Shown piece after piece: positions 1 through 8,334 of a stretch of DNA of 64,000 nucleotides (its first letter is position 1; the number at the start of each line of letters is the position of its first letter). The notes under the pieces are model-generated. The model worked only from the letters and a program-made list of their open reading frames with translations. It ran no database searches and was not told the DNA's origin. This DNA is from an uncultured archaeon (GTDB lineage: Archaea; EX4484-52; JAADEF01): NCBI GenBank assembly GCA_964407715.1, contig CAYOWP010000005.1, forward strand, positions 12,780-76,779. Reading direction: 5' to 3'. Position numbers and translations under genes: made by a program.

Positions 1-1320
1 AGAAGGCCAGGTAGGTTTGATAGAGAGATTGAGATTGGTGTTCCTGACAGAAATGCAAGGAAGGAAATCTTACAAATAAAAACCAGAGGCATGCCTTTGG
101 ATGAAAGTGTTGATTTAGATAAGATAGCGGATTTGACTCATGGTTACACTGGTGCAGATATAGAGGCTTTGGTAAAGGAGGCTGCTTTGAGAGCTGTAAG
201 AAGAATCGTTCCAGATATAGCAAAATTTGAAGGTCGCAAGTTACCGACTGAGATTCTTAGGAAGTTAAAGGTGAGCATGGATGATTTCATGCATGCATAT
301 AAGATAGTGCATCCATCAGCTTTGAGAGAGGTGCTCATTCAAAAGCCAAAAGTTAAATGGGAGGATATAGGGGATCTTGAGGATGTAAAGCAACAGTTAA
401 GGGAAGTAGTAGAGTGGCCATTAAAGTATCCTAAGGACTTTGAGAAACTTGGCATTAAACCACCAAAAGGAATACTGCTTCATGGACCACCTGGCACAGG
501 AAAGACATTACTTGCTAAAGCTGTAGCTAACGAGGCTGAGGCAAATTTCATTGCTGTTAAAGGACCCGAGTTGATAAGTAAGTGGGTTGGAGAGAGCGAG
601 AAGCATATCCGTGAGATTTTCAGAAAGGCAAGACAAGCAGCTCCCACAATAATTTTCTTTGATGAAATTGACTCTATAGCAAGTGCGAGAGGCAGAGGTT
701 TAGATGCTGGTGTGACAGAGAGAATGGTTAATCAACTTCTTACTGAGTTGGATGGTATCGAGGAATTAGAGAGGGTAGTGGTTATTGCTGCAACAAACCG
801 CTTGGATATGGTTGATCCTGCTTTGTTGAGGCCAGGTAGATTTGATAGAGTCATTGAGATACCAATGCCCGATGAAAAAGCAAGATTAGAGATTTTCAAG
901 GTACATACAAGAAGCATGCCATTAGGCAAGGATGTATGGGAATTCATCAAAAAAATTGTAAAAGATAAAGAATCATTGAAGGACGAAATTTTATCAAAAT
1001 ATAAATTAAAAGATGAAGAAATAAAAGAGGAATTTAATAAAATAAATAGTGAAGATGATGTAAATGAGTTCATAAAGAAATATAAAGACAAGATAAAAGA
1101 TAAGAAATCTTTCGAAAAAGATGTATTACAGATGTTAGAATTATTAGAATATACAATGGAAGGATTTACTGGTGCTGATATTGAAGCAGTAGTGAAAGAG
1201 GCAGGAATGGAAGCTCTGAGAGAGGCAAGAAAGAAAGGAGAGGAAATAGATAAAGTTAAAAAAGAGCACTTTATGAGAGCTATTAAGAAGGTAAAAGAGA
1301 CTATTAATAGAAGAAAATGA
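1..1320 (+). CDS. cdc48: CDC48/VAT AAA+ ATPase, 5'-truncated by the window edge (D1 end plus D2 domain)
   Basis: Frame is open from base 1 ([16 protein letters not shown]). D2 Walker A GPPGTGKT, Walker [21 protein letters not shown]. Confidence 0.97.
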   Translation, partial: RRPGRFDREIEIGVPDRNARKEILQIKTRGMPLDESVDLDKIADLTHGYTGADIEALVKEAALRAVRRIVPDIAKFEGRKLPTEILRKLKVSMDDFMHAYKIVHPSALREVLIQKPKVKWEDIGDLEDVKQQLREVVEWPLKYPKDFEKLGIKPPKGILLHGPPGTGKTLLAKAVANEAEANFIAVKGPELISKWVGESEKHIREIFRKARQAAPTIIFFDEIDSIASARGRGLDAGVTERMVNQLLTELDGIEELERVVVIAATNRLDMVDPALLRPGRFDRVIEIPMPDEKARLEIFKVHTRSMPLGKDVWEFIKKIVKDKESLKDEILSKYKLKDEEIKEEFNKINSEDDVNEFIKKYKDKIKDKKSFEKDVLQMLELLEYTMEGFTGADIEAVVKEAGMEALREARKKGEEIDKVKKEHFMRAIKKVKETINRRK

Positions 1321-1429
1321 GAATTTAAATTTTTACTTTTTTTAATTTTATTATTTTGGTGTTATTTCGTTTTTGATATATTTAAAATCTAATATAAGTA
1401 TTGATGTATACATACATAATAATTCCGGT

Positions 1430-1723
1430 TTAATTATCGTCTTCTTCCTCTTTTGGTTCAAACCATCTTACTACTTTACCACATCTTAAACATTTTTTCT
1501 TCCATTCTCTTACATTGCTAGAATAAATGTTAATATAAGTAGGTTTTCCCCATTTATGTATTCCTATTCTGCATAAAAAAGGTTTATTTTCGTTAGATAA
1601 TGGAGATATTTCAAACAAATTTATCAAAGAAATTATAGAACGGGATAAAGAGGATAAGATGCCATTTAAAATAGGAATAAAAATTAAAATAGTTATTATA
1701 ATGCAAACAATCTTATAACACAT
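1430..1723 (-). CDS. Hypothetical membrane-anchored zinc-ribbon protein, DUF1660-like (virus/prophage-type)
   Basis: N-terminal TM helix; LCRIGIHKW...KKCLRCGK motif. Confidence 0.5.
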   Translation of the reverse strand: MCYKIVCIIITILIFIPILNGILSSLSRSIISLINLFEISPLSNENKPFLCRIGIHKWGKPTYINIYSSNVREWKKKCLRCGKVVRWFEPKEEEDDN

Positions 1724-1815
1724 AAAATTATAAATGAATCAAAAGAGAAATATACGCTTATAACTAAAATTAGAAATATAATTAAGATGCTACTGATATA
1801 ATATACAATATATAT

Positions 1816-2151
1816 TCAAAGGGAGAATCCACCATATACTATTTCTTTTATATAGTATACTAATTTGAGTGATACTTCGTCTTCTCTTTTATTAATATAT
1901 TCAAAAATCATAGAAAAAATGATATATGAAATAAAGAATATAAGAGATATTATGATGATATCTTTTTTATAAAAGATATTTTCTACAAAAAATGATAAAA
2001 CATTGTATATAATCTTGATCAGGTTTATATTTTTTACATTTTCTATATTTGTAGATTGAATGGCTGTTGAAATATATCCGTTATAATATATATAGGATAA
2101 TATAGTAAGTAATATTAATCTTGTATTCTCATTTTTAAAGTTATTTATCAT
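1816..2151 (-). CDS. Hypothetical membrane protein, very AT-rich
   Basis: 111-aa ORF with hydrophobic segments; no recognised motif. Confidence 0.45.
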   Translation of the reverse strand: MINNFKNENTRLILLTILSYIYYNGYISTAIQSTNIENVKNINLIKIIYNVLSFFVENIFYKKDIIIISLIFFISYIIFSMIFEYINKREDEVSLKLVYYIKEIVYGGFSL

Positions 2152-2232
2152 AAAAATTAATTAAATATTACATTAAAAATTTAAAAATTTTTAACTGTAT
2201 AAATAAACAAATTATTTAAATAAAAACAACCT

Positions 2233-2394
2233 GATGGCTTTACCGGTGCTGATATCGAGGCAGTATGTAGAGAGGCTGCCATGAATGCATTAAGAGAAGC
2301 AAGGGCTAAGGGCAAAGAGGTGAAGGAAGTTAAGAAGAAGCATTTCGAAGAGGCAATTAAAAAAGTTAAAGAGAGTGTGGAGAGGAGGAAGTGA
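2233..2394 (+). repeat. Copy B of the cdc48 3' end ([53 protein letters not shown])
   Basis: Translates collinearly with cdc48 1159-1320; no start codon (in-frame stop at 2221). Confidence 0.95.
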
Positions 2395-2426
2395 TGTTAA
2401 ATAATTTTATAATTTTTACCTATGAG

Positions 2427-2455
2427 TAGGGAAATATTTTTAAATTATTTCCCTG
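2427..2455. promoter_or_regulatory. Inverted repeat AGGGAAATA-N9-TATTTCCCT straddling a TATA-like TTTTTAAA; putative operator/promoter of the ATPase
   Basis: 9-bp perfect arms about 15 bp upstream of ATG 2471; second copy at 6281-6311. Confidence 0.55.
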
Positions 2456-2470
2456 TATAATATACTACAT

Positions 2471-3730
2471 ATGGAGGTATATAAGCTAAGAGAGGTCGTA
2501 AAAGATTATTATGAAAAAGAAATTCCGGAAATTATAGAACGTGAAATAAAGGTATCTTTACCTGAGAATATAGATAGATGTGTTGTTCTAATTGGTCCGC
2601 GAAGAGCAGGAAAAACATATTATTTATTTCAACAAATGAGTAAATTAAAAAAGAATGAAAGAATATACATAAATTTTGAAGATTTCAGGTTTGAAAACGA
2701 AAATTATAAAGTGATTTTAGAGATAGTTGATCAATTTTTTCAATTAACGGGTTGTGAAAAGCCCATTTTATTTCTTGATGAGATTCAAAACATAAAAGAT
2801 TGGGAAATTGCGGTAAGAAATTTAATTGATCAAAGATATAAGATATTTATTACTGGTTCTAACTCTAAATTGTTAAGTAGAGAAATATCTACCTCATTAA
2901 GAGGAAGAAGTTTGAATTATTATATTTTTCCGTTTTCTTTTTTAGAATTTTTGAAAGTTAAAAAAATGAAAGTGAATAAATTTATTAGCAGTAAAGATAA
3001 AAATATGATATTGCGGTATTTGGAAGAATATCTAGAATTTGGAGGATATCCCGAGGTTGTATTAAGTGAAGAAAAAGAAAATAAGGAGAGAATCTTAAAA
3101 GAAATATGGGACTTAACAATCTTAAAAGATATAGTAGAAAGATACGGATTCAAGAATATAAAAATATTGAGGTTATTAATTAAAGCAATAATAGAATCAA
3201 AGGAATTGTCCATTCATAAATTCTATAATTTTTTGAAATCTATGAATATTCGAGTTAGTAAAAATACTCTTTATGAATACTTACAGGCATTAAGTGATGT
3301 GATGATAGTTTTTCCGGTTCATAACTATGCACCCACATATAAAGATGTAGAGAGAAGCATTCCTAAAATGTATTTGGTGGATAATGGGTTATATCTGCAT
3401 TCTAAAGACATAGGAAGAAAAATGGAAAATGTTGTGTTTGTGCATTTAAAAAGACAGGAGAATTATGCACCTTTGCAAGAAATATATTATTATAAAACGA
3501 AAAATAATAAAGAAATAGATTTTGTAGTCAAAAATGGCAATAATATTGAAATTATAGAGGTATGTTATGTATTTGATGAAGAACACAAAAGAAAATTAAT
3601 TTGTGCAATGGAAGAACTTAATTTAGAAGAATGTGTGTGTATTACTTGGGATGAGGAAGAAAAAATAGAAGAAAAAAACAAAAAAATACTTCTTATTCCT
3701 TTATGGAAGTGGCTAATCTCAGTAAAGTAA
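2471..3730 (+). CDS. AAA+ ATPase of the AAA_14/DUF4143 family
   Basis: GPRRAGKT Walker A, LFLDEIQ Walker B, TGSNS, GGYPE, KMYLVDNG, C-terminal EIDFV nuclease-like motif. Confidence 0.9.
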   Translation: MEVYKLREVVKDYYEKEIPEIIEREIKVSLPENIDRCVVLIGPRRAGKTYYLFQQMSKLKKNERIYINFEDFRFENENYKVILEIVDQFFQLTGCEKPILFLDEIQNIKDWEIAVRNLIDQRYKIFITGSNSKLLSREISTSLRGRSLNYYIFPFSFLEFLKVKKMKVNKFISSKDKNMILRYLEEYLEFGGYPEVVLSEEKENKERILKEIWDLTILKDIVERYGFKNIKILRLLIKAIIESKELSIHKFYNFLKSMNIRVSKNTLYEYLQALSDVMIVFPVHNYAPTYKDVERSIPKMYLVDNGLYLHSKDIGRKMENVVFVHLKRQENYAPLQEIYYYKTKNNKEIDFVVKNGNNIEIIEVCYVFDEEHKRKLICAMEELNLEECVCITWDEEEKIEEKNKKILLIPLWKWLISVK

Positions 3731-3745
3731 ATAAGAAATAAAAGT

Positions 3746-3808
3746 AAGAAGAAAACCTTCGAGGAGGCTATTAAAAAGATTAAGGAGAGTGTGGAGAGGA
3801 GGAAGTAA
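3746..3808 (+). repeat. Copy C of the cdc48 3' end (KKKTFEEAIKKIKESVERRK*)
   Basis: In-frame similarity to the cdc48 terminus and to copies B and F. Confidence 0.9.
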
Positions 3809-3818
3809 GGGTTTTACT

Positions 3819-4619
3819 TTACTCTGCGATTATTTTTTCTATTCTCTTCCTGTACTCAGGCACTTCTATGAATTCCTTTATTAATTCCTTAGCATCTTTT
3901 TTGTTCCGAGAACCCTTGCATTGCGTAGCACTATGCTTTTCAATGAAAATTGTTAAAACACAGTCTTCCTTCTTCACGCTGAAGTTTATGTTTTTCTCGA
4001 AATTTTTGAGGACAGCCTCGATATCTTCCTTTTCAAACGTTGAAGGGATTTCCGAACCGGAAAATTTTAAATTCTGCTCTCTGTAAGTCATAAAGATTCT
4101 CAGTTCGTTTTCATCAAGAATCTTTTTCGCTTCACTAACCTCCATCTTTAGAGGTGTAGGATCAACAACCAGCGCCTTTCCTCCATATCTCAACACTCTG
4201 TAAATTTCCTCGAAGAAAAAATCTGGACATCTTAGTCCGTGCAAAACACCTGTTGATACAATATAATCGAAGTAATTTTCCTTAAACGGTAGGCGGTACG
4301 CATCTGCTGCCACAAATCTCGCTTTATCTTTCGTGTATTTTTTAAAATACTTCGAAAATTCGAGCGTGCAATCTATTCCAATGTACGTACCCTCGACTAA
4401 TCTCGAAATTTCATAAAGCAGCATTCCGTGAGCGGTTCCTATGTCAAGTAATTTTATTTCCCTCTTCGGATTTTTTCCAATATCTTCTGCAATCCTTTTT
4501 GCTATTCTACGATAAAAATCCTTTCCCGCGTACTCACATATTTTCACATATGTTTTGACGTGCTCTTCGGGAATTCTTTCCCATGATTTCATATCAAGAT
4601 AATATCCATTAAATTTCAT
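3819..4619 (-). CDS. Class I SAM-dependent methyltransferase
   Basis: LLDIGTAHG motif I, GIDC, ADAYRLPF, FDYIVS. Confidence 0.85.
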   Translation of the reverse strand: MKFNGYYLDMKSWERIPEEHVKTYVKICEYAGKDFYRRIAKRIAEDIGKNPKREIKLLDIGTAHGMLLYEISRLVEGTYIGIDCTLEFSKYFKKYTKDKARFVAADAYRLPFKENYFDYIVSTGVLHGLRCPDFFFEEIYRVLRYGGKALVVDPTPLKMEVSEAKKILDENELRIFMTYREQNLKFSGSEIPSTFEKEDIEAVLKNFEKNINFSVKKEDCVLTIFIEKHSATQCKGSRNKKDAKELIKEFIEVPEYRKRIEKIIAE

Positions 4620-4734
4620 GTATTATCTCCTCTAAAGAATACTCCTCTCCTTTTTCCATATTTCTTAAAATATTATTGATTTTTTCTTTTATTTTCTCCA
4701 TATCTTCTTTAATTGCGTATTGGATCTTAGGCAT
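4609..4734 (-). CDS. Small antitoxin-like protein MPKIQYAIKEDMEKIKEKINNILRNMEKGEEYSLEEIIHEI (not in the ORF track)
   Basis: Manual translation; N-terminus homologous to ORF 5345-5512; stop overlaps the MTase start. Confidence 0.6.
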   Translation of the reverse strand: MPKIQYAIKEDMEKIKEKINNILRNMEKGEEYSLEEIIHEI

Positions 4735-4805
4735 GATTTCACTTTATTTATACATCCTATACATACTTTAAACTATTTATACTTTAAAAAGCTTTGAGAA
4801 ATAAA

Positions 4806-4964
4806 GGCATTGTCCAATAATCTTCTATTTGTTAAGCGGAAAAGCAGCCTTTTAAAGAAGTGCATGAGAGAAAGCTAACCTTGTAGAGCCAATGCGATTA
4901 CCGCTATAAGTGCTATTTGCGCGTTAAATTTCCGCTTAACAATAAGGAATTATCGGACAATGCC
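4806..4964. mobile_element. MITE-like element 1
   Basis: TIR GGCATTGTCCAATAAT / ATTATCGGACAATGCC; near-perfect 9-bp flanking repeat AGAAATAAA/AGAGATAAA. Confidence 0.85.
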
Positions 4965-4970
4965 AGAGAT

Positions 4971-5030
4971 AAAAAGCATTTTGATGAAGCAATTAAAAAA
5001 ATTAAGGGGAGTATGAAGAATGTGAGGTAA
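4971..5030 (+). repeat. Copy D of the cdc48 3' end (KKHFDEAIKKIKGSMKNVR*)
   Basis: In-frame similarity to the cdc48 terminus. Confidence 0.8.
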
Positions 5031-5343
5031 TATTAAACAAACCCTTTAATTTTTCTTTTATTTCTTCAATTTTGGTAGAGGTTAATTTTCCTATTGTTTT
5101 ATAGATTAAACTTTTTTCAACAGTATATATAGAATGAAGATGTATAAAACTTTCTTTTTTTATTTTACCTTCTTTCAAACTACTTTGGTTAATTTTAATC
5201 TCATATTTACTTATTTGACTTTTAGAACTTATTTTACACACAATAACATCCTTCTTAGAAACATCTGCTAATATCATTACAGGTCTTAATTTATAAGATT
5301 CATATGAAGAATATATTAACTTCAAAACAACTATGTCTCCCAT
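5002..5343 (-). CDS. PemK/MazF-family toxin (likely start 5343 rather than 5397)
   Basis: GDIVV...KLRPVMIL...VIVCKISS...ESFIHLHSIYTVEK pattern; stop lies inside cdc48 copy D. Confidence 0.85.
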   Translation of the reverse strand: MGDIVVLKLIYSSYESYKLRPVMILADVSKKDVIVCKISSKSQISKYEIKINQSSLKEGKIKKESFIHLHSIYTVEKSLIYKTIGKLTSTKIEEIKEKLKGLFNITSHSSYSP

Positions 5344-5344
5344 G

Positions 5345-5512
5345 TTATATCTCAAATAGTTCCTCTGCATCTTCCCCTTCCTTATATAATCTTTCATGAG
5401 AATATCTTTTCAAAGATGACGATTCTAAAAATTCTATTTTCTCTAATACTTCTTTTATTAAATATTTTATTTCCTCTATATCCTCTTTAGTTGCATACCT
5501 TACAGAAGGCAT
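5345..5512 (-). CDS. Putative antitoxin MPSVRYATKEDIEEIKYLIKEVLEKIEFLESSSLKRYSHERLYKEGEDAEELFEI (not in the ORF track)
   Basis: Manual translation; SD-like GGTGGTGA; ends 1 nt before the toxin ATG. Confidence 0.7.
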   Translation of the reverse strand: MPSVRYATKEDIEEIKYLIKEVLEKIEFLESSSLKRYSHERLYKEGEDAEELFEI

Positions 5513-5569
5513 TATCACCACCTTATAAGAATATAATAACTTTGAACTTTAAAAATGTTGTTTGATAAT

Positions 5570-5629
5570 AAGAGACACTTTAGACGAGTAATTAAGAAGG
5601 GTAATGAGAGTATGAAGAAAAGGAAGTAA
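5570..5629 (+). repeat. Copy E of the cdc48 3' end, the most degenerate (KRHFRRVIKKGNESMKKRK*)
   Basis: Same length and position relative to the stop codon as copies C and D; HF..IKK..ES...RK*. Confidence 0.7.
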
Positions 5630-5681
5630 TTTTCTTAATATTTTAAAATCTGAAAGATTATGGTATATTTATATACCTATA

Positions 5682-5915
5682 ATGTGTGGTGATTGCATGT
5701 ATATAACCTATGACAAAGAAAACGATGTACTTTACATAAAGTACAAAGAGGGAAAAATAATGGAAAGTGAAGAAATAAGTGAAGGCATTATTGTTGATTA
5801 TGATGAAAAAGGAGAAATTATAGGAATAGAGATTTTAAACTTTAAAGAGAGAAGTGATTTTAACTTAAAAGAATTTATTTTGTCTGAGGGTAAGAACATC
5901 TCAGTGATTCTATGA
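5682..5915 (+). CDS. DUF2283 protein (putative antitoxin; likely start 5697)
   Basis: ITYDKENDVLYI...GIIVDYDEKGEIIGIEIL. Confidence 0.85.
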   Translation: MCGDCMYITYDKENDVLYIKYKEGKIMESEEISEGIIVDYDEKGEIIGIEILNFKERSDFNLKEFILSEGKNISVIL

Positions 5916-6136
5916 AAATAATATTTACTAAGCATGCTTTGGAAAGAATGAAGGAAAGAGATATAGGATTTAAGGAAGTTAAGAGTACTTTGAAAAATCC
6001 TGATAAAATTGCTAATAATAGATATATCAAGAAAATAGATTCTTATGTGTTGATTGTAGTAGTTAATGAGGAGAGTAAAGGAGTCATCAAGATTGTTACA
6101 GTATTCAAAAGTTCTAAAATAAGTAAGTATTTATAG
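5912..6136 (+). CDS. DUF4258 protein (putative RelE-fold toxin)
   Basis: IIFTKHALERMKERDI...KIVTVF; 4-nt overlap with the DUF2283 gene. Confidence 0.85.
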   Translation: MKIIFTKHALERMKERDIGFKEVKSTLKNPDKIANNRYIKKIDSYVLIVVVNEESKGVIKIVTVFKSSKISKYL

Positions 6137-6144
6137 TAAGATTT

Positions 6145-6249
6145 TTAAGAGAAGCCAGGGCTAAAGGTAAGGAAGTGGAGGAAGTCAAGAAAAAACACTT
6201 TGAAGAAGCAATTAAGAAGATTAAGGAGAGTGTGGAGAGGAGGAAGTGA
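6145..6249 (+). repeat. Copy F of the cdc48 3' end (LREARAKGKEVEEVKKKHFEEAIKKIKESVERRK*), followed by a duplicate of 2395-2460
   Basis: In-frame similarity; 6250-6313 is nearly identical to 2395-2458. Confidence 0.95.
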
Positions 6250-6394
6250 TATTAAATAATTTTATAATTTTTACCTATAAATAGGGAAATATTTTTAAAT
6301 TATTTCCCTATATATTGACAGTAAAGATAAGAGAAAAAAATTTGGAGATTATTCAGAAGTTGTGTCAAATAAAAGAACACAAAAAAGCCAATCA

Positions 6395-6467
6395 TAGCAG
6401 TTAACCCCTTGAATATGGCTATACTTTCCGTTAACCAAATTTCTCAAAATATATTATTGGGCAATAC
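6395..6467 (-). mobile_element. Truncated MITE remnant (one TIR plus one arm)
   Basis: Reverse complement matches 29496-29570 (TIR-ATATATTTTGAGAAATT-GGTTAACGG..ATAGCC.TATTCAA.GGGTTAA). Confidence 0.75.
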
Positions 6468-6553
6468 ATGGAAATGACTAATTATGTGTTAAGAAAATAT
6501 ATATTTTTGATGTAATTATAATATAATATTTATCCAAATTATGTTCAAAGCAG

Positions 6554-6808
6554 GTGATGAATGTGACAGATGAAGAAGCAAACATGGCAATGAGTAAAAG
6601 CATTACTATTACGACATTGAGTTTTTTGATAAACATACCTAGAGCAGAACTTGAAGAGAAGTTAAAGAACAACGAGTACATAGATGAGTTTGAGATAGAG
6701 GAATTGGATGATAAAGATATTAGGAAAGATGTATTTATCATTTTTAAAAATCCCGTGGATATCAGATATCTTCCAAATGTAATTAGCGAGATTCTTGGTT
6801 ATCGATAA
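6554..6808 (+). CDS. Hypothetical protein
   Basis: SD-like GGTG; directly upstream of AMP phosphorylase. Confidence 0.6.
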   Translation: MMNVTDEEANMAMSKSITITTLSFLINIPRAELEEKLKNNEYIDEFEIEELDDKDIRKDVFIIFKNPVDIRYLPNVISEILGYR

Positions 6809-6825
6809 ATTAAGGGGATGAAATA

Positions 6826-8328
6826 ATGGTATTAGAAGCAAGAGTGAAAAATATAAATTTAAATACTTTTTATGAGTGTGCCATAATCTCAAAAAGTCTT
6901 GCAAGAAAATTAAATGTGAGAGAGGGAGACAGGATAAAGGTCAGGAAGAGATTTTCTGAGAAGGTATATATTGTGGATATAGACAATGATAATGAGATTG
7001 TAAAGGATGATCAAATAGGTATACCTAAAAAGTACTCATCTTTTAAGGATAATGATGTTGTGATGTTGAGAGTCACCAATCCCCCAAAATCAAAAGAAAT
7101 AATAAAAAAGAAAATTGAGGGGTATGAACTTTCTAAGAGAGATATTAGATTGCTTATAAGTGATGTATATCATAGGAGATTGTCTAATATTGAGATAGCA
7201 TCATATCTTACAGCTGTTAAAATAAATGGAATGACAATAAAGGAGATTTATTATGTGACTCAAGAGATGTATAAATATGGAGATATCATCTCATGGCCCT
7301 GGCATTGGAAAATTGTGGACAAACATTCCATAGGAGGTATTCCTGGCAATAGAACAACGCCAATTGTAGTTAGCATAGTTGCAGCAGCAGGATTAAAAAT
7401 TCCAAAAACATCAAGCAGAAGCATTACATCACCTGCTGGTACGGCAGATACTATAGAGGTATTGGCGGATGTATGCTTCTCTATTGATGAAATAAAGAGA
7501 ATTGTTAGCAAAACTAATGGATGTATGGTATGGGGCGGGGCTTTAGATTTGGCTCCAGTTGATGATATATTTATTCAAATAGAGAAACCTTTGAATTTGG
7601 ATCCTGAAGGACAAGTAATTGCATCTATACTCTCAAAGAAGAAATCTGTAGGAAGCAAATATGTGCTTATAGACATACCTTACGGAGATGAGGCAAAGAT
7701 AGAGGAATTTAATAAAGCAAAAATTTTGGCAGATAAGTTCAAGATAGTAGGTGCATATTTGGGTATGAGAGTTGAAAGCATAATTACAAAAGGATCATCT
7801 CCTATAGGAAGCGGAGTAGGGCCTGTATTGGAGATGATAGATGTACTTAATGTACTTTATGGAAAGGGGTCTCGTGATTTAAGAGAAAAATCTTTAGAAA
7901 TGGCGGGGATATTGTTAAATATTGCAGGCAAAGGAGATTACAACACTGCAAAATACATATTAGAGAGTGGAAAAGCATTCAAAAAATTTAAGGAGATAAT
8001 AGAAGCGCAAAATGGTAGCGTTAATAAATCTCTTATAGATATGCTTGGGAGACATACTTACGAGGTCAAGGCATCTCAGGATGGGATAGTAGAGAAGATA
8101 AGCAATTCCTCTATTGCTGAGATTGCTAAAAGGGCAGGTGCTCCATCATTCAAAGGTGCTGGCGTATGGTTGTTCAAGAGAGTTGGTGATAAAGTTAAAA
8201 AAGGGGAGACATTATTTAAGATATATGCTGAAAGCGAGAGAAAATTAGATTATGCGCTTGATGTGGTGAAAGAGAACCCACCATTTTTGCTAAGCAAAAA
8301 GGATAGTTTTATTGTGATGGAGAGGTGA
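6826..8328 (+). CDS. deoA: AMP phosphorylase (thymidine phosphorylase family)
   Basis: N-terminal double-psi-barrel-like extension, DKHSIGGIPGN, KTSSRSITSPAGTAD. Confidence 0.93.
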   Translation: MVLEARVKNINLNTFYECAIISKSLARKLNVREGDRIKVRKRFSEKVYIVDIDNDNEIVKDDQIGIPKKYSSFKDNDVVMLRVTNPPKSKEIIKKKIEGYELSKRDIRLLISDVYHRRLSNIEIASYLTAVKINGMTIKEIYYVTQEMYKYGDIISWPWHWKIVDKHSIGGIPGNRTTPIVVSIVAAAGLKIPKTSSRSITSPAGTADTIEVLADVCFSIDEIKRIVSKTNGCMVWGGALDLAPVDDIFIQIEKPLNLDPEGQVIASILSKKKSVGSKYVLIDIPYGDEAKIEEFNKAKILADKFKIVGAYLGMRVESIITKGSSPIGSGVGPVLEMIDVLNVLYGKGSRDLREKSLEMAGILLNIAGKGDYNTAKYILESGKAFKKFKEIIEAQNGSVNKSLIDMLGRHTYEVKASQDGIVEKISNSSIAEIAKRAGAPSFKGAGVWLFKRVGDKVKKGETLFKIYAESERKLDYALDVVKENPPFLLSKKDSFIVMER

Positions 8329-8334
8329 TAAAAC

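Noticed and set aside
2233-6249. Tails of a second full cdc48 paralog, or expressed mini-proteins
   Set aside because: The copies have no start codon or RBS (in-frame stop just upstream of copy B) and cover only the last 19-54 codons.
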